Shown one piece after another: positions 50,997-62,610 of a stretch of DNA of 64,000 nucleotides. How positions within the stretch are numbered: position 1 is the stretch's first letter; each line of letters begins with the position of its first letter. Below the pieces are notes generated by a model, which saw nothing but the letters and a program-made list of their open reading frames with translations, was not told the DNA's origin and made no database searches. A program made the position numbers and the translations under genes. The DNA comes from Verrucomicrobiota bacterium JB025 (GTDB lineage Bacteria > Verrucomicrobiota > Verrucomicrobiia > Verrucomicrobiales > Akkermansiaceae), in the NCBI GenBank assembly GCA_030673875.2, contig JAUTCT020000132.1, positions 29,080 to 93,079 on the forward strand, written 5' to 3'.

Positions 50997-52592
50997 GTGA
51001 GCTATCAGGTCTTCGCCAGAAAATACCGACCCAAATCCTTCGACGACGTCCTCGGACAGGACCACGTCGTCCGCACCCTGCGCAACGCCATCGCCCAAAA
51101 CCGCCTCGCACACGCCTACCTCTTCGTCGGCCCGCGCGGAACCGGCAAAACCTCCACCGCGCGCATCCTCGCCAAGGCCCTCAACTGCTCCGGCGGCCCG
51201 AAAATCGACTTCGACCCCGATGAGGACATCTGCGTCGAAATCGCCGAAGGCCGCTCGCTCGACGTGCTCGAAATCGACGGTGCCTCAAACAACGGCGTCG
51301 AACAAGTCCGCGACCTCCGCGAATCCGTCCGCTTCGCCCCGGCTCGCGGCCAGTTCAAAATCTACTACATCGACGAGGTCCACATGCTCTCAAACGCGGC
51401 ATTCAACGCCCTGCTCAAAACCCTCGAAGAACCCCCGGAACACGTCAAATTCATCTTCGCCACCACCGAGCCAAACAAAATCCTCCCCACCATCATCTCC
51501 CGCTGCCAGCGCTTCGACCTCCGGCCGATCTCCACCCCCACCATCGCCGGACACCTCCAGCACATCGCCGGCAACGAACACATCACCCTCGACCCCGCCG
51601 CCGCCTGGGCCATCGCCAAAGGCGCCGACGGCGGCATGCGCGACGCCCAGTCCATGCTCGACCAACTCGTCGCATTCTGCGGCGAACACATCACCGAGGA
51701 AAACGTGCTCGACGTCTTCGGCTTCACCTCCAGGGAAAAAGTCGCCGGCCTCACCTCCGCCCTCCTCCGCCGCGAAACCCCGGCCGCCCTCGCCATCATC
51801 CAGCAGGAAGCCGCCAGCGGACGCGAACTCACCCAACTGCTCGGCGAACTCATCGGCTGCCTCCGCGCACTGCTCGTCGCCAAACTCGACCCCTCCGCCG
51901 ACGGCGAAGGCATCCCCGAAGACCTCTGGAACAAGCTCGTCGAAGAAGCCGAAGGCCTGCCATCCGACCGCATCCTCGCCGCCGTCGACGTCTTCGCGGA
52001 AACCGAAAACCGCATGAAATGGGCAACCAACAAACGCCTCCATTTCGAACTCGGCATCATCAAATCCATCCAAACCCTCGGCGAAGTCCGCATCACCGAC
52101 GTCATCAAGGTGCTCACCCGGGGAGCCGACGCACTGGACCTCCCCGCCCCCGCAGCGGCACCCAAACCCCAACCGGCAACGGCAGCAACTGCCACTCCCG
52201 CAACCGCAACCGCTCCACAACCCGAGCCCGCAGCAGTCGCAGCCCCTCCCGCCCCGGAACCCGCGGCGGAACCCGCCCCCGCCAAAGTCGCGGAAACTCC
52301 CGCTCCACCACAGCCAGCGCCTGCCCCAGAGCCAGCACCCGCACCCGAGCCCGCACCACGGCAATCCAGCCAAACATCCGTCATCGCCTCCATCGACGAC
52401 CTGATCAAGGCCGCCCCGGAAAAAAGCGAACCCATCCCACCCCCGGCAGCCGCAAAACCCGAGCCCGAGTCCGCCTCGAAACCCGAACCCGAACCGGAAC
52501 CGGAAACACCCGCCGAAAACCCCCTCGACACCCCGGACCCCCTCATCGCCGCCGCCTTGGAGAAATTCAAAGGCAAGATCGTTTCCTCGTGA
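50997..52592 (+). CDS. dnaX: DNA polymerase III subunit gamma/tau
   Basis: [51 protein letters not shown] and GGMRDA, followed by a Pro/Ala-rich linker. GTG start. Confidence 0.96.
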   Translation: MSYQVFARKYRPKSFDDVLGQDHVVRTLRNAIAQNRLAHAYLFVGPRGTGKTSTARILAKALNCSGGPKIDFDPDEDICVEIAEGRSLDVLEIDGASNNGVEQVRDLRESVRFAPARGQFKIYYIDEVHMLSNAAFNALLKTLEEPPEHVKFIFATTEPNKILPTIISRCQRFDLRPISTPTIAGHLQHIAGNEHITLDPAAAWAIAKGADGGMRDAQSMLDQLVAFCGEHITEENVLDVFGFTSREKVAGLTSALLRRETPAALAIIQQEAASGRELTQLLGELIGCLRALLVAKLDPSADGEGIPEDLWNKLVEEAEGLPSDRILAAVDVFAETENRMKWATNKRLHFELGIIKSIQTLGEVRITDVIKVLTRGADALDLPAPAAAPKPQPATAATATPATATAPQPEPAAVAAPPAPEPAAEPAPAKVAETPAPPQPAPAPEPAPAPEPAPRQSSQTSVIASIDDLIKAAPEKSEPIPPPAAAKPEPESASKPEPEPEPETPAENPLDTPDPLIAAALEKFKGKIVSS

Positions 52593-52629
52593 CGCTCACC
52601 CATTTACAACCCCTTCAGACACCCACACT

Positions 52630-52935
52630 ATGAACATCGCCAAACTCATGAAACAAGCCCAGCAAATGCAGGCCGGGCTCGCCGCCAAACAGGAAGAACT
52701 CGCCGCCCAAACCTTCGAAGCCTCCGTCGGCGGCGGCAAAGTCAACGTCACCGCCAATGGCGCCGGCGACGTCCTGTCCATCAAGATCGACAAATCCATC
52801 GTCGACCCTGAAGACGTCGAATTCCTCGAAGACCTAGTCCTCAAGGGCGTCCAGCAGGCAATCTCCACCGGCAAGGAAAAAGCCGCCGCCGAAATGAAAT
52901 CCATGACCGGCGGACTCGGCATCCCCGGCATGTGA
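52630..52935 (+). CDS. ybaB: Nucleoid-associated protein YbaB/EbfC
   Basis: MNIAKLMKQAQQMQ, GGGKVNVTANG and DVEFLEDLV. Located after dnaX. Confidence 0.95.
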   Translation: MNIAKLMKQAQQMQAGLAAKQEELAAQTFEASVGGGKVNVTANGAGDVLSIKIDKSIVDPEDVEFLEDLVLKGVQQAISTGKEKAAAEMKSMTGGLGIPGM

Positions 52936-52979
52936 TCCCGCGCCCGCCGCGCGCCACCAAACACCTCTCGCAACCGGAC

Positions 52980-53978
52980 ATGTCCAATCTCAGACGCAGC
53001 TTGGGATGGACCCTGGTGGTGCTCTCGCTCGCACTCCACCTCTTCACCGTCTACTGCTTCGCCCGGCAGCCGGACCGCCTCGCCGCATTCACCGTCCTGC
53101 CCATCTGGTTCTGGGGCGGCATCGGCCTGTTCTTCACCTGCGCCGCCTTCTACTTCCTCCGCGCACCGCTCTCGCTGGTCATGACCGCCGTCTGGGCCGT
53201 CACCCTGCTCGTCGGCGCCGACGAGGCCCGCATCCTCGCCAATTTCGGCAAGGAAGCGCCGGAACCCGGAGCCGCCAGAGCCCACAACGGCCGCAAGGTC
53301 ATCCGCGTCATCACCATGAACTGCGCGTTGTTCCACTACGGCGACCCCTCGACGGACATCGCCAAATGGCAACCCGACATCGTCCTGCTGCAGGAATGCC
53401 ACCCCCACCAGACACGCCGCATCGCCGACGCCCTCTACGGCGGCAACGGCGACTACCGCCCCCACCAGACCAACGGCATCGTCTCCCGCTGGCGCATCAG
53501 CCGGGAAGTCCGCAACCCACTCCAGCGCGACCAACAAGTCACCATCGCCATGCCCCCCCGCGGCATCGCGCTTGAAGTCGTCAACGTCCACCTCCCCACC
53601 GCCGCCACCAACCTCCGCTTCTGGAAACGCTCCGCATGGCGCGAACACCGCCACAACCGCGCCACCCGCCACCAGGAACTCTGGACCACCCGCCAAATCC
53701 TCCAGAAAACCGGCAATTTCCCCAACGTCCCCACCATCTTCGGCGGCGACTTCAACGCACCCGCCACCGACATCGTCCACCGCCAGCTCGACCCCGATTT
53801 CCTCGACGTCTTCGCCACCGCCGGCACCGGATGGGGAAACACCTACCAACGCCGCGCACCCATCCTCCGCATCGATCACCTCTACGTCACCCCGCACCTC
53901 ATCCCCGTCCGCTGCCGCGTCGTCAAAAGCCGCCACTCGGACCACCGCATGGTCGTCGCCGACCTCGTCCTCAAATAA
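52980..53978 (+). CDS. Membrane-anchored endonuclease/exonuclease/phosphatase (EEP) family protein
   Basis: Three N-terminal TM segments, VITMN, DIVLLQE, VNVHL, GGDFNAP, RIDHLY and SDHRMVVAD. Confidence 0.88.
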   Translation: MSNLRRSLGWTLVVLSLALHLFTVYCFARQPDRLAAFTVLPIWFWGGIGLFFTCAAFYFLRAPLSLVMTAVWAVTLLVGADEARILANFGKEAPEPGAARAHNGRKVIRVITMNCALFHYGDPSTDIAKWQPDIVLLQECHPHQTRRIADALYGGNGDYRPHQTNGIVSRWRISREVRNPLQRDQQVTIAMPPRGIALEVVNVHLPTAATNLRFWKRSAWREHRHNRATRHQELWTTRQILQKTGNFPNVPTIFGGDFNAPATDIVHRQLDPDFLDVFATAGTGWGNTYQRRAPILRIDHLYVTPHLIPVRCRVVKSRHSDHRMVVADLVLK

Positions 53979-54014
53979 GGCCCGCCTCCACCCACAAGGC
54001 CCGCCTCCACCCAC
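53977..54014 (+). repeat. Perfect 19-bp tandem duplication
   Basis: AAGGCCCGCCTCCACCCAC at 53977-53995 and 53996-54014. Confidence 0.95.
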
Positions 54015-54021
54015 GTTCCCA

Positions 54022-54588
54022 GTGCCCCGCTTCATCATCCTGCTGTCCCTCATCCCCATCGCCATCGCGCTCGTCACCCGCTGGTGGTTCGGCCTCAAGG
54101 TGCTCGCCGCCGAGGGCAAGAGAACCTGCCGGTGCGACCTCGAAACCTGGCAACCGGACCCGACCGACACCGCATCCGTGCAACGCTCGGACGCCAGCGC
54201 CTCAAACTTCGGCTGCCAACTCCGCAACAAGGCGCTCGCCACCTGGAAATCCGAGGACCCGAAAGCCGCCGCCGCACGCGAAGGCGCCCACCGCTTCGGC
54301 CTCGCCGTGCCACCGCTCTCCGGCATCGTCGCCATCTTCGCCCTCATCATCGGCAAAGTCCCGTTCTCCGGCGCCATCGCCATCTTCATCCTCGCCACCG
54401 CCATCGCCGCCATCTTCAACCTGCTCTCCCTGCCCCACGAACTCCGCGCCATCGCCCGCGCCGCCGCGAAAACCAAAGGCAACAAGTGCTTTCATAACTC
54501 CTACGACGAAGAAGCCGTCATCCGCTGCGCCGTCGCCCACGCATGGGAACTCGCCGTGCCACCCGTCCTCCGCCTGCTGCAAAAATGA
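54022..54588 (+). CDS. Hypothetical membrane protein, weak resemblance to YugP-like neutral zinc peptidases
   Basis: GTG start and TM segments. FNLLSLPHELRAIARA resembles the YugP-family TLPVEFNASxRA segment. No intact HExxH. Confidence 0.55.
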   Translation: MPRFIILLSLIPIAIALVTRWWFGLKVLAAEGKRTCRCDLETWQPDPTDTASVQRSDASASNFGCQLRNKALATWKSEDPKAAAAREGAHRFGLAVPPLSGIVAIFALIIGKVPFSGAIAIFILATAIAAIFNLLSLPHELRAIARAAAKTKGNKCFHNSYDEEAVIRCAVAHAWELAVPPVLRLLQK

Positions 54589-54950
54589 CCACGCCGGAAA
54601 AAACATGCCCCGAATGCGGGAATTCCTTCCTCTGCGGCAGCAACTCCGCCGGTCCTGCCTGCTGGTGCGGCAGCATGCCACGCATCATGCCGGTCGAACC
54701 GACCACCTCATGCCGCTGCCCGAACTGCCTCGCCAAAGCCATCGCCACGGCCATCGAGCGCAAACTCAACCGGCTCAGCCATTCCGAAGCACTCCGCCTC
54801 GCCGCACGCGAAGCCACAAACGCCCCGCCCGTCGAACACATCGACTACGTCATGGAGGGCCCCGCCATGGTCTTCACCCGCTGGTTCCTCCTCAAACGCG
54901 GATTCTGCTGTGGAAGCAACTGCCGCAACTGCCCGTTCCCTTCCGCGTAA
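54585..54950 (+). CDS. Cysteine-rich CWC-family domain fused to a DUF5522-like domain
   Basis: CPECGNSFLC...CWC...CRCPNC followed by DY...MVFTRWFLLKRGFCCGSNCRNCPF. ATGA overlap with the upstream gene. Confidence 0.8.
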   Translation: MTTPEKTCPECGNSFLCGSNSAGPACWCGSMPRIMPVEPTTSCRCPNCLAKAIATAIERKLNRLSHSEALRLAAREATNAPPVEHIDYVMEGPAMVFTRWFLLKRGFCCGSNCRNCPFPSA

Positions 54951-55011
54951 CTGTCATTTCCGCCACACTTCCACCCTTTTCCCCAACGGCATTTCCCATT
55001 AGTCAAAACCC

Positions 55012-56442
55012 ATGAATCATTCCGCCGCTGCCACTGAAATCAACCGCCGCTCGTGGCTCAAGGCCGCCGGCCTGCTCGGCTCCGCCTCACTCGTCGGGTC
55101 ATCCGCCGCCTTCGCCGGCACCACCCCGGACAATCCCCGCAACAAACGCGTCCGCGGCATCGTCTTCATGGTCTCGGATGGAATGAGCCCCGGCGTCCTC
55201 ACCCTCGCCAACCACTGGTCGCTCCTCCAACGCAAACGCGAAACCCGCTGGTGGCAGCTCCTCAACGACAAAAACGCCGCGCGCGGCCTCATGGACACCG
55301 CCTCGGCAAACTCGATCGTCACCGACTCCGCCGCCGCATCCTCGTCCTGGGGCGGCGGACAACGCATCAACAACAGCGCAATCAACTTCTCCCCCGACGG
55401 CAAGGAAATCACCCCGATCGCCGCCATCCTCAAAAATCAATCCAAGGCCAAAGTCGGACTCGTCACCACCGCAACCGTCACCCACGCCACCCCCGCCGGC
55501 TTCGCATCCGCCGTCCCCGTCCGCAGCGCACAAGCCGACATCGCCCCCCAATACCTCGACCGCGTCGACGTCATCCTCGGCGGCGGCACCCCCTTCTTCA
55601 GCGCCCACGGCCGCCCGGACAAACGCAACCTCAACGCCGACTTCGCCAAAGCCGGCTACCGCGTCGTCCACCACCGCAACGACATGCTCGCCGCCCGCGA
55701 CGAAAAACTCCTCGGCACCTTCAGCAAGGGACACCTGCCGTTTTCCATCGACCGCCTCGCCAGCCCCAAACTCACCGCACGCATCCCCACCCTCTCGGAA
55801 ATGGCCTCCGCCGCGCTCGACCGCTTCCTGCCCGGCGACACACCGTTCCTCCTCCAGGTCGAGGGCGCGCGCATCGACCACGCGGCCCACCTCAACGACA
55901 TCGGCGGCCTGCTCGGCGACCAACTCGATTTCGACGACGCCCTCGCCACCGTGCTCGACCGCATCGCCGGGCGCGACGACATCCTCGTCGTCGTCACCTC
56001 GGACCACGGCAACGCCAACCCCGGCCTCCGCGGCATGGGCGCAACATACGCCGACACCAACCAACACTTCGCCACAATCGCCAACTCAAACGCCTCCTAC
56101 GAACGCACCCTCGCGGAATGGCGGAACCTCCCGCAACGCAATCCGTCGTCGCTCACCCAATTGATCGCGGACCGCCTCGGCATCCAGCTCACCTCCGTCG
56201 AATCCGAAGCTCTCTTCGATGTCCTCGGCGGCCACGAAATCCTCGAGTGGAACCACCAACACCAGAACCCCGAAGGCCTCATCAGCCAAATCATCGGCAA
56301 CCACAACGGCATCGGCTGGACCGGAATCTCTCACACCTCGGACCCCACCATCGTCTCCGCCATCGGACCGGAATCCCAACGCTTCTCCGGCATGGTCATC
56401 AACACCGACGTCTTCAAACACCTCACCGAACTGCTCGCCTAG
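55012..56442 (+). CDS. PhoA-family alkaline phosphatase with twin-arginine signal
   Basis: NRRSWLKAAG Tat motif, VFMVSDGM, TDSAAA (catalytic Ser), THATPAGF, QVEGARIDHAAH, TSDHG and SHT. Confidence 0.9.
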   Translation: MNHSAAATEINRRSWLKAAGLLGSASLVGSSAAFAGTTPDNPRNKRVRGIVFMVSDGMSPGVLTLANHWSLLQRKRETRWWQLLNDKNAARGLMDTASANSIVTDSAAASSSWGGGQRINNSAINFSPDGKEITPIAAILKNQSKAKVGLVTTATVTHATPAGFASAVPVRSAQADIAPQYLDRVDVILGGGTPFFSAHGRPDKRNLNADFAKAGYRVVHHRNDMLAARDEKLLGTFSKGHLPFSIDRLASPKLTARIPTLSEMASAALDRFLPGDTPFLLQVEGARIDHAAHLNDIGGLLGDQLDFDDALATVLDRIAGRDDILVVVTSDHGNANPGLRGMGATYADTNQHFATIANSNASYERTLAEWRNLPQRNPSSLTQLIADRLGIQLTSVESEALFDVLGGHEILEWNHQHQNPEGLISQIIGNHNGIGWTGISHTSDPTIVSAIGPESQRFSGMVINTDVFKHLTELLA

Positions 56443-56545
56443 CCCGAACCCCGACCATCGTCGCCTGGCCCGGCGATGCACCCCTGCCCCGGCCGGGCCG
56501 CCTGGTCCGCCGGTGGTGAGAACATCGGCGGTGAAAACCGGCGCT

Positions 56546-58120
56546 CTAACCGCCGACCTTCGCGTTCTCCGCGGCGATCGCCCGGATCACCTCGCCGGAC
56601 TCCTTCTCCACCAGCGGACGCTCCAGCATCTTCTCGTAGATTCCAATGTAGCGGCGCGCCACCTCCTTGTGGCTGAACTCCTTCGCGCTCTCAGTCATCA
56701 CTCTCCGGATCTCCCGCTCGCGGACCTCACGCGGCAACCGGTGAAACTCCATCGCCTGATCCATCGCCCAACGCAGACCGTCCGAACTGTAGTGCTCGAA
56801 GCGGAAACCGTTGCCAACCGACTGCTCCACATTGAGGGGATGGACCGTGTCATACAACCCACCCGTCGAATGAACCACCGGCAGGGACCCATACAGCGGC
56901 GCAGTCATCTGCGGCAGCCCGCACGGCTCGAACAACGACGGCATCAGCATGAAGTCGGAGGCCGCATACGCCAACCGCGAAAGACTCTCGTCAAAATCCA
57001 CCACCGCCACCCGCTCACCCAGATCAAACGCGGCGACAATGTGCTGCATCCACTGCTGGTGCGGCCCGTTCGCCACCACCACGATCTGCAGGCCTTCATC
57101 CCAGTAATCGGAAACCACCTTGTGCAGGATCTCCGTCAGCAACTGCGGCCCCTTCTGCACCGGATCCAGCCGTGACGGCCAGAAAAACAGCGGAGCATTC
57201 GCGTCCTGTTTCAGGTCAAGCCGAGCCTGAAGCTCCAACTTGTTCGCCGCCTTGCCGTCCATCACGTCCGCCTCCGTGAACTTCCACACCAGGGAATCAT
57301 CCGTCGCCGGATTATACGACACGTCCGGCGCATTCAGGATCCCCGCGGAACAATCCGCGAAATACTTGTTCCTCAACTCGGCCCGCACCGTATCCGGCAC
57401 CACATCGTGCCAGCCGTCGACAATCTCCCACAAGAACCGCGGACTCACCGTATTGATGTAGTGCGCCGCAAATATCCCCGAAGTCAGCAAATCCACCGGC
57501 ACGTGATTCCTAGCGTGATAGTAGTCGGACGGCGCACCACAGAAATACAGGTTCATCCAGAACTCCGCCGCATCGATCCCCGCATCCTCGACTTGCGCCA
57601 GCGAGACCTTCTGCGTGTGAATGTTGTGCACCGTAAACAGACTCTTGATCCCGCGCCGCCGCGCCATCGCCGGAATCAGCGAAGTCATCCAGTCATTGCA
57701 GTGAATCAAATCCGGCCGCACATGCGGAATGATGTTGTTGATCACCTCCCGCTGGAACACCAGCGCGATCCGCATCGCCTCGTCCGAGTGGCTGCTGTAA
57801 ACCTGCTCGCGGTAATAGAAAATCCGGTCCTCCGCCAGATGAATGTGCGTGTCCGGCAGCACCTCGTGATACTTGCGCAGCTCCTTGTCATGCAGGTTGA
57901 AGACGTCCCCCTTGAACATCCGCCGGTAATTCGGCAGCGCCACATGCACGTCCGCACCCAGCTCGAACAGCGCGGAAACCAATGAGGCCGACACATCGGC
58001 AAGCCCACCCGCCTTTGCCGACATCCGCTGCGTCATGTTCCCCATACCACTTGGTAAATACGTAATTTCCGGGGTGACGATCAGGATCCGTGGCTTGGAG
58101 GGTTGCTTTTCAGATGGCAT
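56546..58120 (-). CDS. glgA: Glycogen synthase (GT5)
   Basis: ILIVTPE, KAGGLADV, IHCNDW, FTVHNI, NTVSP, SRLDPVQKG, MPSLFEPCGLPQM and GGLYDTV. Confidence 0.88.
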   Translation of the reverse strand: MPSEKQPSKPRILIVTPEITYLPSGMGNMTQRMSAKAGGLADVSASLVSALFELGADVHVALPNYRRMFKGDVFNLHDKELRKYHEVLPDTHIHLAEDRIFYYREQVYSSHSDEAMRIALVFQREVINNIIPHVRPDLIHCNDWMTSLIPAMARRRGIKSLFTVHNIHTQKVSLAQVEDAGIDAAEFWMNLYFCGAPSDYYHARNHVPVDLLTSGIFAAHYINTVSPRFLWEIVDGWHDVVPDTVRAELRNKYFADCSAGILNAPDVSYNPATDDSLVWKFTEADVMDGKAANKLELQARLDLKQDANAPLFFWPSRLDPVQKGPQLLTEILHKVVSDYWDEGLQIVVVANGPHQQWMQHIVAAFDLGERVAVVDFDESLSRLAYAASDFMLMPSLFEPCGLPQMTAPLYGSLPVVHSTGGLYDTVHPLNVEQSVGNGFRFEHYSSDGLRWAMDQAMEFHRLPREVREREIRRVMTESAKEFSHKEVARRYIGIYEKMLERPLVEKESGEVIRAIAAENAKVGG

Positions 58121-58315
58121 CGGAAATTTGGGAGGTTTTAACTTGGTCGGAGAGTATCAAAAACCCAATGCCTTCTGCCAGCGGAATATCAAAATCCGCC
58201 GAACTCTCCACAACCACCCATCCGCGCGGTTTCTACCGTGGACAGGAAACAAACCCCGGCTACCCTGCCCAATTCCAACGCGAAACGCCTCGTTTCCCTC
58301 ACCCCGCCTCTCGCC

Positions 58316-60496
<2,181 letters not shown>

Positions 60497-60633
60497 CGCC
60501 AGCCGGCGGGTGCCGGCGCACGACCACCACGGCTCCGCAGCGCCACCGCGCGGACGCATTCACCTCCCGCCAGCCATCGGCAACCCGGTTCCGCCGCGGA
60601 TAGCCAATCAGCGCCCGCGTTGCAGATCAGCAC

Positions 60634-62610
60634 TCAATTCGTCCGCTTCTTCCCGGCCGTCTGCAGCACCATCATCACGGAGCCGAACAACAACACGCCT
60701 CCCATCGTCGCGTAAAACGCCCAAATCGTCGACTTCCCGGCGGTGAACCCGTAGTTGTGCAGACCCACTCCGAGAAAGTTCACGTGCCACCACGAAAAGG
60801 TCACCACGATCGCCGTGAACACGGACGCCAGATGAATCCCCCACTCGCGCAGATAGCCGCCCAACCGCGCGTGAAGCACCGCCAGCGTCCACAGCACGAT
60901 CAACAACGCGCCGTTCTCCTTCGGGTCCCAACCCCAAAACCTCCCCCACGAATAGTTCGCCCAGATCCCGCCCAGCACCGTTCCGACCAGCGACAGGAAA
61001 AGCGTGAAACACAACATCCCGTAAACCGCCCGCGTCAGCGAGCGCCGCAGATCCAGATTGCCCTCGTCCAGCCCCAGCCCGCGCCACAGCACGTAACCGG
61101 CGGATAAAAACGCCGCGAGCAAACCCGCCGAATACCCGAGCGTGATCGTGATCACGTGCGTCGTCAGCCAGAAGTTGGAATCCAGCACCGCCACCAGCGG
61201 ATCCATGTGGTCCTTCGCGTCGCCCAGCTCAAACCTCCGCGCCAGCAGAATCAACGCCGTCCCCAGAATCGGTGCAATCCCGAGCGCGAAACGCCGCTTC
61301 GTCATCCACTCGACCACCAGCGAAATCAGCGTCACCGAAGTCGCGATGAACACAATCGTATCGTAAAGGTTCCCCACCGGCGGCCTCTCCATGATCAGGC
61401 AGCGCATCGTAATCGCGGCCACACAGCAAGCCGCGCCCATCAGCGTCGTCGCCAGCACCACCCATGCCGCCGTCGTCCCGGCCACGCCCTTCCCGAAGGT
61501 CCACATCGTCAGCGCCGCCAGCGTGCCCGTCAGGAAAAACACCAGCGCGTAAACAAACAGATTCATCCGGTAATACGATGCCTCTAGTTTCACCGGATCA
61601 TACTCGCCCCGCGCCTCGGCCCTCGCCTTCGTCCGGTCGCGGAACTCCTCGAGATGCCGCCGGAACTCTTTCTCCCCCCCGTCGAGCGACCGCGCCGTCT
61701 TCTCCAGCGCGCGGATGTCCTCAAAGGCCATCTCCGGATTCTCCGCCGACCCGCCCATCGCCGCCATGATCTCCATCCCGGCGCTCTTCCAGCCCGGCTC
61801 ATCGCCAACCGCCGGCGGCAGAATGAACAACCCGGACCTCGCATAACCCGCACCATCCAGAATCTGCTGCAACAAGCGGCTCATCCGCCCGCCGTCACCA
61901 TGCGCCTGCGCCCGTCTCATCTGCTCGCGGATCTGCGGAGCCGTCGCCATCAGCGCGCTGAAATCCGCCCGCTTGTCCGCCTCACCCTCGCCACCGGATC
62001 CCGGCAGAATCGCCCCGCTCCTCGCAAACCCCAGATACCCCAGCAAACTCTCATAAACCTGCAGGTTCGATGCCAGCGTCATGATCTGGTTCTGCACCGG
62101 ATCCCGCTCGTCCGCCGCCAGCATCCCATACGTCTGCGCCAACTCACCGAGCCGGTCCCGCCCCTTCTCCAGATCCGCGTAACTGTAGCGGTCCCGCTTG
62201 CCGCGCGCCTCCAGCCCGATCGCCTCCAGCACCGCCGAGTTGTCCACCCGGAACGTCGGCTGGTGAATCGCCAGATGCGGACGGAACAGCGCGTCCATCA
62301 TCCACTCCGTCGGCTTGATCTTGTACACCTTCCCGAACTCGCCGGAGATCTTCATCGACCGCGCGCCATGCAGACGCAGCATCGTGAACCCCGCCTGCGA
62401 CGAAAGCGGCTTCACCCGCCCGCCGTCCTGCACCGGAATCGTCTCCGCCACCGCCAGCGTCTCCGCCTGCCACGGCCGGTAGCCCTCCACCTCGCGCACC
62501 TCGCCCTTCGGCATGTTGTCCGCCACCACCTGATAGAACACCATCAGCAAGCCCGCCAGCACCAGCAGCGCCGCGATCCATCGTCCCATTGGAAATCCCT
62601 TTTCAGTCAT
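60634..62610 (-). CDS. ccsA: Cytochrome c biogenesis protein CcsA/ResC (system II) with large N-terminal periplasmic domain
   Basis: RPPVGNLY, PLVAVLDSNFWLTTHV, WWD motif GGIWANYSWGRFWGWDPKE, and GLHNY. Confidence 0.9.
   Translation of the reverse strand: MTEKGFPMGRWIAALLVLAGLLMVFYQVVADNMPKGEVREVEGYRPWQAETLAVAETIPVQDGGRVKPLSSQAGFTMLRLHGARSMKISGEFGKVYKIKPTEWMMDALFRPHLAIHQPTFRVDNSAVLEAIGLEARGKRDRYSYADLEKGRDRLGELAQTYGMLAADERDPVQNQIMTLASNLQVYESLLGYLGFARSGAILPGSGGEGEADKRADFSALMATAPQIREQMRRAQAHGDGGRMSRLLQQILDGAGYARSGLFILPPAVGDEPGWKSAGMEIMAAMGGSAENPEMAFEDIRALEKTARSLDGGEKEFRRHLEEFRDRTKARAEARGEYDPVKLEASYYRMNLFVYALVFFLTGTLAALTMWTFGKGVAGTTAAWVVLATTLMGAACCVAAITMRCLIMERPPVGNLYDTIVFIATSVTLISLVVEWMTKRRFALGIAPILGTALILLARRFELGDAKDHMDPLVAVLDSNFWLTTHVITITLGYSAGLLAAFLSAGYVLWRGLGLDEGNLDLRRSLTRAVYGMLCFTLFLSLVGTVLGGIWANYSWGRFWGWDPKENGALLIVLWTLAVLHARLGGYLREWGIHLASVFTAIVVTFSWWHVNFLGVGLHNYGFTAGKSTIWAFYATMGGVLLFGSVMMVLQTAGKKRTN

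Noticed and set aside
52420-52426. AAAAAAG in dnaX resembling the E. coli -1 frameshift site
   Set aside because: The codons read GAA AAA AGC, so the heptamer is not in the required A_AAA_AAG phase.
52140-52520. Repetitive CCCGAGCCC/CCGGAACCC DNA in dnaX as a separate repeat element
   Set aside because: It encodes the ordinary Pro/Ala/Glu-rich linker of the tau subunit.
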